NCBI GenBank assembly: GCA_043228905.1 | Contig: JBHGNT010000003.1 | Coordinates: 18,476,001 to 18,540,000 of the forward strand | Length of the DNA: 64,000 bases | From: Azolla caroliniana | Taxonomy: Eukaryota; Plantae; Polypodiophyta | Reading direction: 5' to 3' | Part shown: positions 1 through 13,200 of the stretch, in pieces | Layout: the number at the start of each line of letters is the position of its first letter | Numbering within the stretch: position 1 is the stretch's first letter | Notes under the pieces: model-generated | What the model saw: only the letters and a program-made list of their open reading frames with translations | Told to the model about the DNA's origin: nothing | Databases searched by the model: none | Made by a program: the position numbers and the translations under genes

Positions 1-221
1 AGAAATTATTATTGCTCATACAAGTTGAAATATGACTTATGGAGCCAAAGAAACACTTTGATACAATGCATGCGGTGTTGATAAGTGACGCCCTAAGTTC
101 GACAATTTTACTAATGAATGGTAAAATTGAAAATGGGAAAGGTTTCATGCAATGTATATGGAGCTAATAAGTGATTAAAAGAATTTTACAAATCGATGGT
201 GCAATTAAAAGTGCACATTTT

Positions 222-305
222 GTTTGTTTGTTTGTGTGTGTGTGTGTGTGCATGTGTGTGTGCGTGCGTGCGTGTGTGAGAGAGATATAGAGACAGAGAC
301 AGAGG
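222..305. repeat. Compound microsatellite (GTTT)n-(GT)n-(GA)n
   Basis: Directly visible simple repeats. Confidence 0.9.
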
Positions 306-1441
306 GCCTTTGATCATATTCGACGATCCTTTCCACACATTTTGACCAAGCAAAATCCTTGTACGAATTTCTCTCACAATCCATAATGTGCACTCTCGAT
401 TGAATATATTTCATTTGTTCGGTGGAATTGGAACATAGTAGGCATAGATTTCTTTCATGCCCATATGTATCAATTTAGTGTAGATGTGTATCAATTTAGT
501 GTAGATGTCTCTAACTGGAGTAAGCCTATCCTTCTTCAATTGGGTTTTTGCACATATGGAGAATATTGAAACGATGCCTCATTTCCAATTTATTTTCCAA
601 TTCTTGAGGTATTGGGGGCTATGGTTCAATTGGAATATGCGGAATGCCTTCACTTTTGATTTGCAAGTTGGGGTGAGAAAATATGTTATAAAGTTAAAAG
701 GACTTCTTTTGTGGCAGTTGACAGTGCTAGAGAGTCACGAAATCTCAACAATGAAGAGAGAGAACTCTACAAGGTCACATATCATCATATTCGCCATTTG
801 AATCGGTGTGTAGGGTGGCATTGATTTTGGAGTCATAATAGTATTTAGATCCCTCAAATGGTTCTATACTTTCTAATAATTTAGTCATGGTGGTGATTTT
901 TTCTTTCGTAATGAAAGCCATTATTTGAGATAGATAGATAGATAGATTCTGTTATCATTTTCGGAGGTCAAATATGACCTGTAAGACCAAAAATATTACA
1001 TTTCACGTGATACGTGTGAAAGTGAGTAGCGACCTTGATGTTCAAGAACTTTACCAATGAATGTTGCATTCAAGAGTGCACATTGTGGTTGTTAGAAAAA
1101 TTTGTGCAAGGATTGGGCTTGGTCGAAGATATGCAGAAAGCATGGTCAAATATGATAAAAGGTAGACCAGTGTATCAAAGTGTGATATTGAGACTCTCGA
1201 ACCTGTTTAGGGCAAAGTGTGTATAGTTGACCACTCTCATCACTTGTGCCCCAATGTCCTGTCTCACATCGCAATGCATGTGAGCTAAGTCACATGGAAG
1301 CAATGGTTTGAATGGCAGATCTCGGCCTCACTAGCTTCTTCCTCAGAATTCTGAATGGAGTGGATGGGGATTGGAGATTGAGGCAAGTACCACGAAGCCG
1401 ACTCGGTGAAAACGAACTCTCAGCTTACTCGGATGTCCTTC

Positions 1442-2558
1442 TGTTACGGGCATGACCATATAATATCCCGTGGTGAGAATTTACCGTAGTATTCTATACA
1501 CGTGGATAAGTGTGAGGGTTAAATGAGAGTGTAAAGAAGGGGAGGATTGCTTTTCATCCTCGGGATTGAGACAACCCATTAGGCCAAGTGTGAACTTGCC
1601 TTGGGGCCTTGGGTATCGCTATAAATATGAGGCCTAGTTACCCTCATATCATCATCTATTGACTACGTCGAGACTCTGTTTTTGTGGTGGGTTAACTCTT
1701 GTAGCGAGCACAACCTCACAATTCTAAGACATTGTCTATGGGTAAGTGCGCTAAGTTAGCCCCACGGTTTTGTGGACCTTTTGAAGTCCTCAAATGCATT
1801 GGTTCATCAACCTATCATCTCACTCTTCCCGATGACATTGAAATTCATCTAGTTTTTCATGTAAGTCGTCTAAAAGAACTTTTGAAGAAACTCTGGTTAC
1901 TTTTGAAGAATTATCTTCTAAACCACATGTACCAGAAAGAATTCTCATTGTTAAAACAAAAAAACTGTGTACAAAAATAATATGAGAATTTAAAATTGAA
2001 TGGATAAATCTATCAAAGATGCCACATGGGAAGGTGAAAATACTCTTAGAACTAACTTCCCTAACTTTCCCTTGCAAGAGTGCAATGTTTTAAAGAGGGG
2101 GGGGAGTATGTACAAGCATGACCATATAATATCTCGTGGTGAGAATTTACCGTAGTATTCTATACACGTGGATAAGTGTGAGGGTTAAATGAGAGTGTAA
2201 AGAAGGGGAGAATTACTTTTAATCCTGGGGATTGAGACAACCCATTAAGCCAAGTGTGAACTTGCCTGGGGGCTTTAGGTATCACTATAAATATGTGGCC
2301 TAGCTCATTTCATGATCTTTTGGCTATGTAGAGACTCTGATGTTGTGGTGGGTCAACTCTTGTAGCGAGCGCTCCAATAATAGGTACGACTCGACGCCAC
2401 GACGGTGGTATGGGACGCCAATCGAGGCTCGAGTCCGTCTCGATCCCTTCGCTTGGGGGTGGTTGGGTGGATGGGCACCCTTCTTTCTCTCTCTCCTTTC
2501 TTATGTTTATCTATATTTTATCCTTATCATATGCTTACGTTAGATGTAAAATCTAACA
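1442..2558 (+). mobile_element. Internally deleted Ty3/gypsy chromovirus: partial 5' LTR 1442-~1711, integrase C-terminus plus chromodomain remnant, PPT, 3' LTR 2109-2558
   Basis: Direct repeats at 1442 and 2109; TG...CA ends; 5-bp TSD CCTTC (1437-1441 and 2559-2563). KLAPRFCGPFEV...HLVFHVSRLK (GPF motif) and a KIEWINLS..DATWE chromodomain-like remnant across frames. PPT AAAGAGGGGGGGGAG before 2109. Confidence 0.88.
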
Positions 2559-3379
2559 CCTTCGATCAGGGGTTATAACACTTATAACCCTTTTGCTCAT
2601 CCGAGTAGTCGACAAGAATGCATTTCTCGGCTTTCGTGTGTAGCTTCCTCCGCTCCTCCTTCGGCACATGCACATATGCAATGCTACCGAAAACCCTCAA
2701 GTGTGCCAAGTTTGGCTTCATCCCGAAGTACAGCTCGCGTGGTGACACTCCTCCATTTGCAGAATTCTAATTTTGCAGGTATATCACCGGCCTGACAGCT
2801 TCGGCCTGGTAAAACTTTGGCCAATGCTTCTCTTCAAGCATCACCCTCGCCGCTTCTTCGGTCGTCTGATTCTTCCTTTCGGCCAAGCCATTCTGTTGTG
2901 GTGTGTATTTGTAAGAGAATTTGTGTCGAATTCCCTCCTTTTGTAGCTAGCTAGAGAACTAGTAAGAAAAGTACTCTTTTCCGCCATCGGTCCTGAGGCA
3001 CTTGATTTTTTGGCCTATCTCCTGTTCGACAAGGCTCCTCACCATCAAGAAGCAAGAGAAGACTTCACTTTTCTTCTCAATTAGGCATGCCCAGGTATGC
3101 TGAGTGAAGTCATCGATTAAGGTAACAAAGTAATGACTTCCACCGATGCTCACGTTCTGCGCTAGTCCCCATACATCCAAATGGATTAAATCGAGATTGT
3201 TTCATCTTCAATTTCTTTCATTTGGGAATGGAAGTCAATGATCCATCCCTAATTGGCAGGCTTCACAAACATAGCCCTTTCCGCCATTGAATTTTGGCAA
3301 GCCGCTATCGTGAAAATCCGTCACTATGTGCGGATCGTGAGGCGGAACCGCCGAGGTTATGGACGGGAAGGAAATAGGG

Positions 3380-4225
3380 CTCACACGCACAACACAAGCA
3401 AGGCTTACACAAACAAGGCACAAGTATTCGAACGTGTTTGTGAAAAGAAGAGGTGCATGGGCAAGCCCGAATCAACCCCTAGTCATAAAACGAACAAATG
3501 CATGCGAGGAGGGCTTACACACGGACACACAAGGAACTTACACAAACAAGGCATGAGTATTCGAATGTGTTTGTGAAAAGGAGAGGTGCATGGGCAAGCC
3601 CGAATCAACCCCTAGTGACAACGCGAACGAATGCACGTGAGGAAGTCTTACACACGGACACACACGAGAGCCAAAGTTTTGAATGCCTTTGTGAAAAGAG
3701 AGGTGCGTGGGCAAGCCCGAACTCTCCCTTGTTACAAAATACATGTGAACACACAAGCAAGGTTTACACACGGGAGATACAACTTCGAACGCCTTTGTGA
3801 AAGGAGAGGTGCATGGGCAAGCCCAAATGATCCCTTGCCACAAGTCGCACGAACACACAAGCAAGATTTACACTAACACGCAAGACACAAAAGTTTGAAT
3901 GCCTTTGTGAAAGGAGAGGTGCATGGGCAAGCCCGAAATGCTCCCTTGTCACAAGACACACAAACAGATAAGCACAAATGACAATAACAAATAAGACACG
4001 TAAGTTTGAATGCCTTTGTGAAAGGAGAGGTGCGTGGGCAAACCCGAAATGCTTCCTTGTCACAAGACACACAAACAAATAAGCACAAATGACAATAACA
4101 TATAAGATACGTAAGTTTGAATGCCTTTGTGAAAGGAGAGGCGCATGGGCAAGCCCACAACGCTCCCTTGTCACAAGACACACAAACAAATAAGCAAAAA
4201 TGATGATAAAATATAAGATATGTAG
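3380..4225. repeat. Tandem array of about 7 units of ~107-133 bp inside the solo LTR
   Basis: Recurrent core GCCTTTGTGAAAGGAGAGGTGCATGGGCAAGCCCGAA near 3440, 3573, 3691, 3798, 3908, 4018 and 4129. Confidence 0.9.
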
Positions 4226-4486
4226 GTGAAACCAAACATTTGTTTATTGCAATATAGTAGATTCTTTTAGAAAATAAGAATCAATTTTACAACGGGTTTG
4301 ATATGAATATAAGAGATAATTTATAAAGGAAGGGGCAAGAGAGGTGGAGGAAAGAAGAGAGTGGAATATAGAAGAAGGTGATTCTTCGTTGATGATGCTT
4401 CTCGATGTTGTTTACTGTTGGGAGACAGGTCCCTCCAGATGGGAAGGGAGAAGAACAGTGCTGATGAGCAAACTCGGCCGAGGCCG

Positions 4487-4700
4487 AAACCGGATGACGA
4501 GTACCCGGCTACGGAGAGCCGGATGGTGCAGACCCGGTGAGAACCGGATGAGGAGAACCCGGCTACGGAGAGCCGGATGGTGCAGACCCGGTGAGAACCG
4601 GATGAGGAGTACCCGGAAACGGAAGACTCGGTGAGAACCGGATGACGAGTGCCCGGCAAGATCCGGATGATGCGGGCCCGGTGAGGAGCGCTCTCCGGAT
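4487..4700. repeat. CCGG-rich 54-bp tandem repeat inside the solo LTR
   Basis: GAACCGGATGAGGAG(T/A)ACCCGGCTACGGAGAGCCGGATGGTGCAGACCCGGTGA units starting at 4487, 4541 and 4595, then degenerate. Confidence 0.9.
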
Positions 4701-7700
4701 GAAGAGACATATTCGTAAATATGTTTCTGAGAGTCCATCGTGGCTATATTTGTAAATAGCCGAAAAGTCATTCTAGTATAAATATGACTTAAGGCAAACT
4801 TTTGTAGTTGTTGTTGTCATTCTTGTTGGTGCAAGAAGAGAGAGTGCGTAACAGTGTACAGAGTGAGAGAGAGAGAGAAAGAGTCGAAGGTTTCGTATCT
4901 CTGTTGTAACCGCCGACTGTGGCGAAGATAGCAAGCTCGAGGTCATTGCCTCGGTGCTCCACCATTGTACATTCTTATATATACTGATAGTTTGGAGTCT
5001 GTGGACTCCCATGGTTTTTTTTCCCTCTCAGGGTTTTCCACGTTAAACATTCTGTGTACTCTTATCGCCTTTGAGTCGTGTGTTTCAGTTCCTGTTTTCT
5101 ATGTATGATTCTAAGCTCGGTTGTGGCCGAGCGTTGCGCATAGGGAGCGTGCAGTTCTTGTCATTTACCCTTCTTCTTTTGCCTTCCAATTGAGTAGATC
5201 TTCCGTGTTCCTTCTCCCTGCCCCCCTTCTTCACTAGAATAAGCTCTTATTTATAGGTTTAGGATTGCTTGCCTTTTCCCCTTAAAAAAAAGCTTGTCTA
5301 CATGAGTCGACTTTTCTTTTCCTCACTATTTCTGTTTTCTAGCCCCAAATTTCCCATGCAAGATATTCTTGGAAAGGTCTTTGGGTTAGTTTTCTTATAA
5401 ATCTTTTCTTTTCTAATTTGGACATCTGATGAAGAAATTATGAGCTTTTTTCTCTACTGTGCTCCTCATATCCACGCGTGCTTCTTCTTTTTTTCTCCCC
5501 ATCTTTTTCTCTACTTTTGAAAACCACTTCTAACTTAATATTCATCATTATTTATAGTAAGGTTCAATCCTTTGACCATTTATTTATAAGGAATATCTTT
5601 GGAAAATGAAAAAGTATTTTTGCTACCAATAAAGTTGACTTCACAATACTAGTTTATTTGAACTACTATTGTACTTCTTTTCGAGGGTGGTTTCACACTA
5701 TGTATTAGAAACATCACGACACCGCAGGAAGTTGACATGGCCGAACCGCTTGTGGCACAAGTCAATATCCGATTCGACTTTTTTCCCTTTCACAAATATA
5801 GCGGTTCCGACATTGTTTGTTTTGAGGATGAATATCCTCCCTTCTCGGCACCTTTGCGCGATGATCTTGGCTTCTTCTTCGATAAAGCATCTGAGATGAG
5901 TAAATTGAACTTCCATGCCTTGGTCGACAATTTGTTCGACCAATACCCGGTTCTTTGTGATTGTCAGCACATGCCAACCATTTCACATGATTCCCTTCTG
6001 GCCGACATGGCTCAAGGAAACATCTCTGTTGTGCTGGATGTTCCATGTACATCATCTTATTGTTTGTGTGTGCTCATCAATGCACCCGAGTGGTTTTCTT
6101 CTATAAGCAACATCGATTGAAGCTCGAAAAACGAAGGCGTATTCTCCCTTGTGTAGACTACTGTTCGGAATGCTCCGAACTTCAACGCCAACCCTTCGAG
6201 CCTGACCATCACCATCTCGTCCTCCTGGACATTCACGTTGACGGAGTTGAGGGAGTCACAGATCTCCTTGATTCGGGTTGTATAATCGGCCACAGATAGA
6301 TCTTTCTGTCGGACATTACTGAGCTCTTGCCTAAGCTGCAACTTCCTAGCCATTGTGCTAGTGGCGAAAATATGTTTGAGATTTGCCCACGCGTCCTTTG
6401 GCATCTTGGCATCCCGAATGTAGCTCAAAAGCTGGTCACTCACACAAGATGCAAAGCAATACAAAACTCTGCTCACCGTCTGTTCCCAGGCTGGGAAATC
6501 TTTGTGTGTCGATTCAGGTGCTGCATCATTAGCTCCTTCGACATAACTCCAGTAACCGTGCCCAAGCAGGTATTGGTGCATTTTGTAAGAACATGATGCG
6601 TAGTTGTTCCTATCGAGCTTTTCGGTCAAAAGCGAGCGTCCCATACCTCTGTCCATGTTCTTGTATTTCTTTTCCGAAAACAAGAAACTTTGTCTCTGTC
6701 TTGTTCGCTTGCTTTTCTGTCGGCTGCAGAGAGGTCTCAACCCTCGTGCATTGATACCATGTAAAGAATACGATTGTGGAAGCGTGTGTGATAGACACCG
6801 AACCGAGTACACGGCCAGTGTTCGGAAACTCAACAGTTAGGTAACCACAAAGAATGGTGAGAGACAGAGACAGAGAGAGCAGACAACAAAAGTTTTATTT
6901 CGAATAATGAGCACTCTGTATATACAATGTGCTCAATGAGTACTTTTTATACAAGCCCTTGACAAGTGGGCTAACACAAGTACCATCAATACTTGAATGC
7001 TCATACACAATATTCCTTTCGGAATCCTTCCTACTCGGCTCACGACCCTCGGCTCTCGGCTCTCGGCTCTCGTCTCTCAACTTCTTCAACTAATTCGATC
7101 CTTGTTGAGCTTGTCTCTCAAAAATGGTGCTATAGTATTTTCGAAAGTCAGCTCATCCATAAGCTCCCTTACCATTTATTTTTTTTCTGCCCATGCACTT
7201 ATCTTTGATTCCATTATACATCCAAATAGTTTTACCATTAGTGAGCCAACTATGATGGTTTGATAGTTATTTATATTAAGGCTTTCTTATGTTCTCCTTC
7301 TCCTTCTCTAACTTGGGAGTTCTAGGGTTTTGGGAGTGAGTGAATATGAGGCTAGAGTCTGACCTCCTCTCCATCTTCATCTCTACTTGGTTAGGTTTTT
7401 CTTCACCACGTCCGAGCCACCAAAACGTCCAGAAAAAATCGTGGGGAGAAGACAGAGTCCGGTACAATGATCAAGGAAGGAAGCCCGAAGTAGCACAGGG
7501 CACCCCACATCAACAAGAAGTGGCATTGCCGTTGATTATGGATCAGCTCATCGAAGACCACAAAGTTTGGATCTTTATCATTTAGTTATTGGGTTTGGAT
7601 TCAGGTTGCTTGGAGAGGCGGAAAAAAGAGGAGCAAGGCAAAGAAAGCATGTGAATCGAATGAGGGCATAGTGTGAAGAATGAGAGACGTAGTTGGTGCT

Positions 7701-7748
7701 ATGCAACGGAAGTGAGCTCTGTGTGTGTGTGTGTGTGTGCATGTGATG

Positions 7749-7780
<32 letters not shown>

Positions 7781-10263
7781 CTCTAGACAAGAAAACTATA
7801 TATTACATCCAACAATAACTAAGTTACAAAAGGTTGGTTTAAATACCAACTGATCTAGGGCAAGTGCCCTTTCTACTAATTACAAAAATATCCTAGTACA
7901 ATGTCCACTAACTAGTGTGAATACTATCTTTATGGGAAGTTGAGTTCGATTCTCAACATGCCCCTTCGAACACAACTTCCAGATGTCGAAAATTTGTTCC
8001 AGTTCGGTTTTCTTTGATTTGGATGAATCGGCTTCCGGTTTTTTGAAATCTTTGGCTTTTCGGCTTCATGCTCGTTGTTCGTCATACTTCTGCTTCTTGG
8101 CTGCTTCCATGTCACCTGTCGTACTCCCCCTCAAGCTCGGCAATGTAGAGATTGTGAGACCAAGGCCCAATGCAAATTGTGCGAGCTTGTCGACTCCTAA
8201 GGCCTTCGTAAAGATGCCAGCAATTTCAAGGTTCGTACTAATATGTTGGAGATTGATTTCGCCATCCTGAATGCGCTTGCGAATGAAGTGGTTGTCAACT
8301 TTGATGTGTTTAGTCCGCGCGTGGAATATCGGGTTCCGAGCGAGATAGATGATGCTCATGTTATTGCAATAGAGGCGAATTGGATCCATGATGGGAACGC
8401 CCAGATCCTTCAAGACGCGTTTGAGCCAGACAGCTTCGCACATGGCTACTAACGTGCCCCTGTATTCGGCCTCTATACTCAACAATGCGACTGTTAGTTG
8501 CCCCTTGCTACACCAAGAGATTGCTCCCCTGCCGAGAGAGAAAACAAATCCGGAGGTTGAACGTCTATCGGCCTTATAGCCTACCCAGTCCGTGTCTGTG
8601 TACCCTTTGAGTCGAATAAGCGTATTAGACTTATACATGATGCCGTAATCCATCATCGTACTGACATACCGAAGTATCCTCTTACCACAATCGAGATGAT
8701 CATTTTGTGGGTTCTCCATGAATTGGCTAAGTAGGCTGACTGAATAGCTGAGGTCAGGTCGTGTGATGGTTAGATAGATTAAGTTGTCGATCAGTTGTTG
8801 ATACTGAGTTGGCTCGTACTCAGTTGTACCCGAATCGACCTCGAGCTTGAGATTTCAGTCGAGAGGGTAGACATAGGTTTGCACTTAGTCATTCCGAACT
8901 TGTAGAGTAAGTTGAGAACGTAGTGCCGTTGAGAGATCAATATCCCGACTGGTGTCTGAATTACTTCGATACTGAGGAAGTAATGGAGCTTGTGCATATA
9001 TTTCATTTTGAATCTGCTGGATAGTAGTGATTTAACCTTATTAATCTCGACAAGATCCTTTCCTCTGATGAGTAGATCATCCACGTGTAGGATGATGACA
9101 ATTGGGTTGTGCGACTCGTTTCGGATGTACATGGAGTTGTCTTATTTTGACATTCGAAAGTCAATTTATTGAAGATATTGATTGATCTTCAAATGCCAAG
9201 CACATGGTGCTTGCTTAAGGCCGTAGAGTGGCTTCTTTAGTCTAAATACTGCTCTCGGATGATTTTTCGATTCGAAACTAGGGTTTGAATCATGAAGACC
9301 TCCTCTTATAATTCGCCTTGGAGGAAGGCGTTCTTTACATCAATCTATTGGAGATGCCACCCTTTCACAACTGCGAGTGCAATTACGGTCCACACAGTCG
9401 TCATCTTTACCACCAAGGCAAAGGTCTCGTTGTAATCGACTCCATGCGTTTGTTCGCATCATTTTGTGATGAGTCGTGCTTTGAAGCGATTTACTATGCC
9501 ATCGGCATTATATTTGACTTTGTAGATCCATCTACAATAGATTGCTTGCTTGTGTGGTGAATGGGGGATGAGATCCCATGTCTCGTTTTGGTTAATGCCT
9601 ACATTTCTTCATTCATCGTGTCGACCCACCGCAGGTCCTTCACGGCTTCGGAAAGGGTTTTCGGCTCTCATATTGTTGCTACTTTCATCATAAAGGCATA
9701 GTGATATGCCATATATTCATGGTAGCCAAATCGGCTAACTGGGTTCTTGTCTCCAGTGGAGCGACTGAGCTTCTCGTTTCCAGAGGCTATGGCTTTCTTT
9801 GCTCCATTCGTCTGGATGATCAAGTCAACTCTATTTCGATCGGATCTTTGTACTTTGGCATTTTGGCCTTCTCTTTTTCCAGGTTCTGACTCGGCCGAGA
9901 TGTGCTTCGATCGCTCAATGGCTCTTGTGGTCCACTAAATCGAGTCATGATCGGACTTTCTTCGAATATGCACCTGAGTCAATCTTCTTCTTCTGTCTCT
10001 CGTTCAGCCAATTCCGGGTCAATTGGGGTCGGAATCGGAATCATCTTCAATTCATACCAGGATGCCGACTCGTTGAAAACGACGTCTCGACTTACTCGAA
10101 CTTTTCGGGTAGATGGGTGGTTGTAACATTTGTACACCTTTTGTTAGAGTGAGTACCCCACGAGGATACATTTCTCCAACTTCGGGTCGAGCTTTTGTCG
10201 CTTCTCGTCGGGAACATGCACGTAGGCGATTGAGCCGAAGATCCAAACATGTGATAAATCCGG

Positions 10264-13200
10264 TGTCGCGTTGCTACGCGCGTGCGTGTAGAATAAGGCG
10301 GGACCACAGGGGTCTCGGACGAGGTAGTAGTAGGAGAAGGAATAAGACACAAAATGGAAGCTTAGCTCAAGAGGAGAAGAGAAAGAATAGCACAATAACA
10401 TAGAATAGACGGAGGCAAGATATTTAACAAGTTAGTTTAAGGAAACATAAACGCTTTACAATGGTGGCCGCCATGGCCGCACCAAAACGACTATGAGAAA
10501 AACCCTAGAAGAATAAGCAAGTAGCGAAGTATAGTAAAACCCTAAAGGAAACCCAAGAAGAAAACCCTAACCAAAACCCTACAACCGAATAGGAAACCCT
10601 CGACCTAAGTGGTATGCCTCTCTCTCCCTCAAAATAGGCAACCCCTTCATAAGTGACCCCTCCCTTCCTTTTATAGCCCAAGGAGGGAGGGACCTTACAA
10701 TGTGGGATAAAATTTCCCCTCTCTTTCTATACACCATATCCTAGTATACATGTGCACATGTTGCACACCACCGACTTGCCCATTCCACCCCGGTTTCACA
10801 CTATAGCCGGAAATCTTCACGACATCCACCCCCACCAAACCGCACATCCACCGGTATGTGCTAAGAAAGGAAAAGGGTGAGAGATTTCGGCGACAATGAT
10901 CAACTGGGTCTTTCGCCTTACCGGCACCCAATCGTCTTGCCGGTCCCTTGCCGGCGCCGATCCGTCTTGCCGGCTTCTTACCAGCCCCGACCCGTCGGCT
11001 CCATCCGATCCACCACGTCCACCGCGTGTCCCCGAACCGGCGGCTCCATCCGATCCGCCATATCCGACGTTCACACCTTCTTCTTCGACCGGCCCTCTCG
11101 AGCGTCGTTGCTGACCCGGTTGCTCTTCCTTTGTCCGCCATGCATGCCCTTCGATTGGGGCCCCGGTAACTTCGGTTGTACGCCCGATTCCGTGCCTTGC
11201 ATGCCGCGTATGTCCCTCCGTCGGTTCGATTGTCTCTGGGTCCTGAACACCTCCGCGTGCCAACTCTCTCCGCTCCGTGCTCGCCTTCCATAGGCTCTTC
11301 CTGTGTGCTATTATCGTTCCCCAAATACGCATTCGTTCTTCGGTCCTTAGGCGACCCTATTACACGCTCCTCACTTCCCCCTTGCTTGTCTGCTCTCTCG
11401 CCGTAGAGCATACCATCATACCGATCTTCGTGTCGGTGTCCTTCGCGGCTCTTGTTACCACTTTGCCTCGACTTGCGCCCTCCTGGCCTCGCATGTCCTC
11501 CGGGATGCCACGCTTTCTCTTCTCGGCGTGTACCCCTTTGTTCTCCGCGCACCATCCTTCGCTCTCGCCACCCATTCGCCGATCCCGGCACCTTACGGCT
11601 TCGTCTCTCGTCGCGTGCTTGCCTCTCAAAGGCTCGACCGGTCCGCCGTTGCCGGTCACTCATTGCCGCTCTTCTGGGTGCATGCTTACTTCTTGGCCCT
11701 TCGCCGGCCATAGTGCATGCTCCGTTTTACACCCTTCACTCACCGTAGACCCGATCTCCGCGTTGGCCTCTTCTCCCTTTGTTGCCGTAGCCCATTCCGA
11801 CTCGGGCTTGCCGTCTTGGTCCCGCTCGTCCATTATTTCGTACCAGATATCTGCACCAGTTTCCGACTCCGCATCAGCCTCTAACTCCTCACCGCCACCC
11901 GCCGTCTCTTCGGTCTTATGTTGATCCGCAACCGCCGAAGTCTCAAGAATAGGTGTGGAGGGTTCCTCTTGCTCTCGGTCTTCCACCAAGCCGTAGTCAT
12001 CATGCCCGCTTGGCCTCCTTCTCGTGCTCACCGGCTCCCACCGCTTGTTGTGGCTCATACGCCTCGGCCTCCAATCATGCCGACTTAGCCTTCGCCTGGA
12101 TCGGTCTCGGCCGATCGAGTTCTGGTTTGGTCGGCTCCCTTCCATAATCATAACCGACCGGTACATGTTTGTCCGTACAAATCCGGCCTTGCCGGCTCTT
12201 CTTCGGTTCGGGCTCGGTTGACCGGACCCCGCTCCAATCTTCTTCCGCGTCGTCTTCTGGTCGTGTCGGATTATCGACCGGTTCATCTTCCGGTCGGGTC
12301 GGTTCCCGACTCTCCCTCTTTGCCGCTCCCGACCTCTCCGTCGGTCCTCTTGTATATGCCCGTTCCGGGCCTCGCATCCTCATCTTCGTACGTGTTCGCT
12401 CCGGGCCACGCCTCCTCACAACCACCGCCCTTCTCTCTGGTCTTATGTTGGCATTCGAGCGTAACCGTCGTAGTCTCCGGTCTCGATGTCGAGGGGTCTT
12501 TCCTCCGTCCGCTATGACCTTCCTCGTCGTTGTTTCGGTCGTCCGCTTTGCCGCCGCCACCTTCCGTCTCTCCGGTCTCATGTGGGCTCTCGGGGCCGAC
12601 CGCTGAAGTCTCTAGAATAGGTGTGGGAAAAGTCTCGGTACCATCACTCGCCGATGTCATGTTTGTAGCCACCTTCGTTCGGACGCCGTGGTCCATGGCT
12701 ATCTCGTCCCCGGTTACGCAAGCCTCGGTTATGCTTGCTACCTCCTCGTCCTCGTCCTCGTTGCCGTCGTGGTTGCCCGCCTTGCCGCCACCACTGCCCG
12801 TCGCTCTAGGTCTCAGACCGGCACTCGGGCCGACCGCCGGAGCCTCTAGGACTGGTGTGGGTAGGGACCCGGCACCGCCGCTCGTTGTGTCCGTAGCCAC
12901 CTTTATCCGGACGTCGTTGTCCGTGGCTACCCCGTCTCCAATCGTGGAAGCCTCGATTACGCTTGCCGCCTCCTCTTCCTCAATCTCCTTGCCGTAGCCA
13001 CCTTTATCCGGACGTTGTTGTCCGTGGCTACCCCGTCTCCAATCGTGGAAGCCTCGATTACGCTTGCCGCCTCCTCTTCCTCGATCTCCTTGCCATCGTC
13101 TTGGTTGCCCGCCTTGCCGCCGCCACCGTTCATCACTCTAGGTCTCACACCGGCTCTCGGGCTGGATGCCGGAGTCTCTAGAATCGGTGTGGGTAAGGTC

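Larger units (their letters stand above)
3306..5721. mobile_element. Large (2.4 kb) solo LTR of the TGTCG..CGACA gypsy group, inserted in the copia 1 pre-integrase region
   Basis: Ends TATCGTGAAAATCC (decayed TGTCGTG) and CATCACGACA; 4-bp TSD CCGC (3302-3305 and 5722-5725). First ~50 bp closely match those at 51292. No coding domains. Confidence 0.78.
1315..7081 (-). mobile_element. Ty1/copia element 1, degenerate and 3'-truncated (5' LTR ~6760-7081, PBS, gag, partial integrase); host of two nested insertions
   Basis: PBS TGGTATCA(A)TGC next to the LTR end at 6760. Gag ORF 6057-6833 (EKLDRNNYAS..YKMHQYLLGHGYW). GAG-pre-integrase/integrase pieces at 5698-5970, 2959-3180 (DVWG..YFVTLIDDF) and 2566-2748 (HLRVFGS..KGYKCYNP). 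Near-colinear with copia 3. Left boundary approximate. Confidence 0.85.

Noticed and set aside
3380-4225. CRISPR-like array (conserved core with variable intervening sequence)
   Set aside because: The intervening sequences are homologous to each other rather than unique spacers; no cas genes; eukaryotic LTR context.
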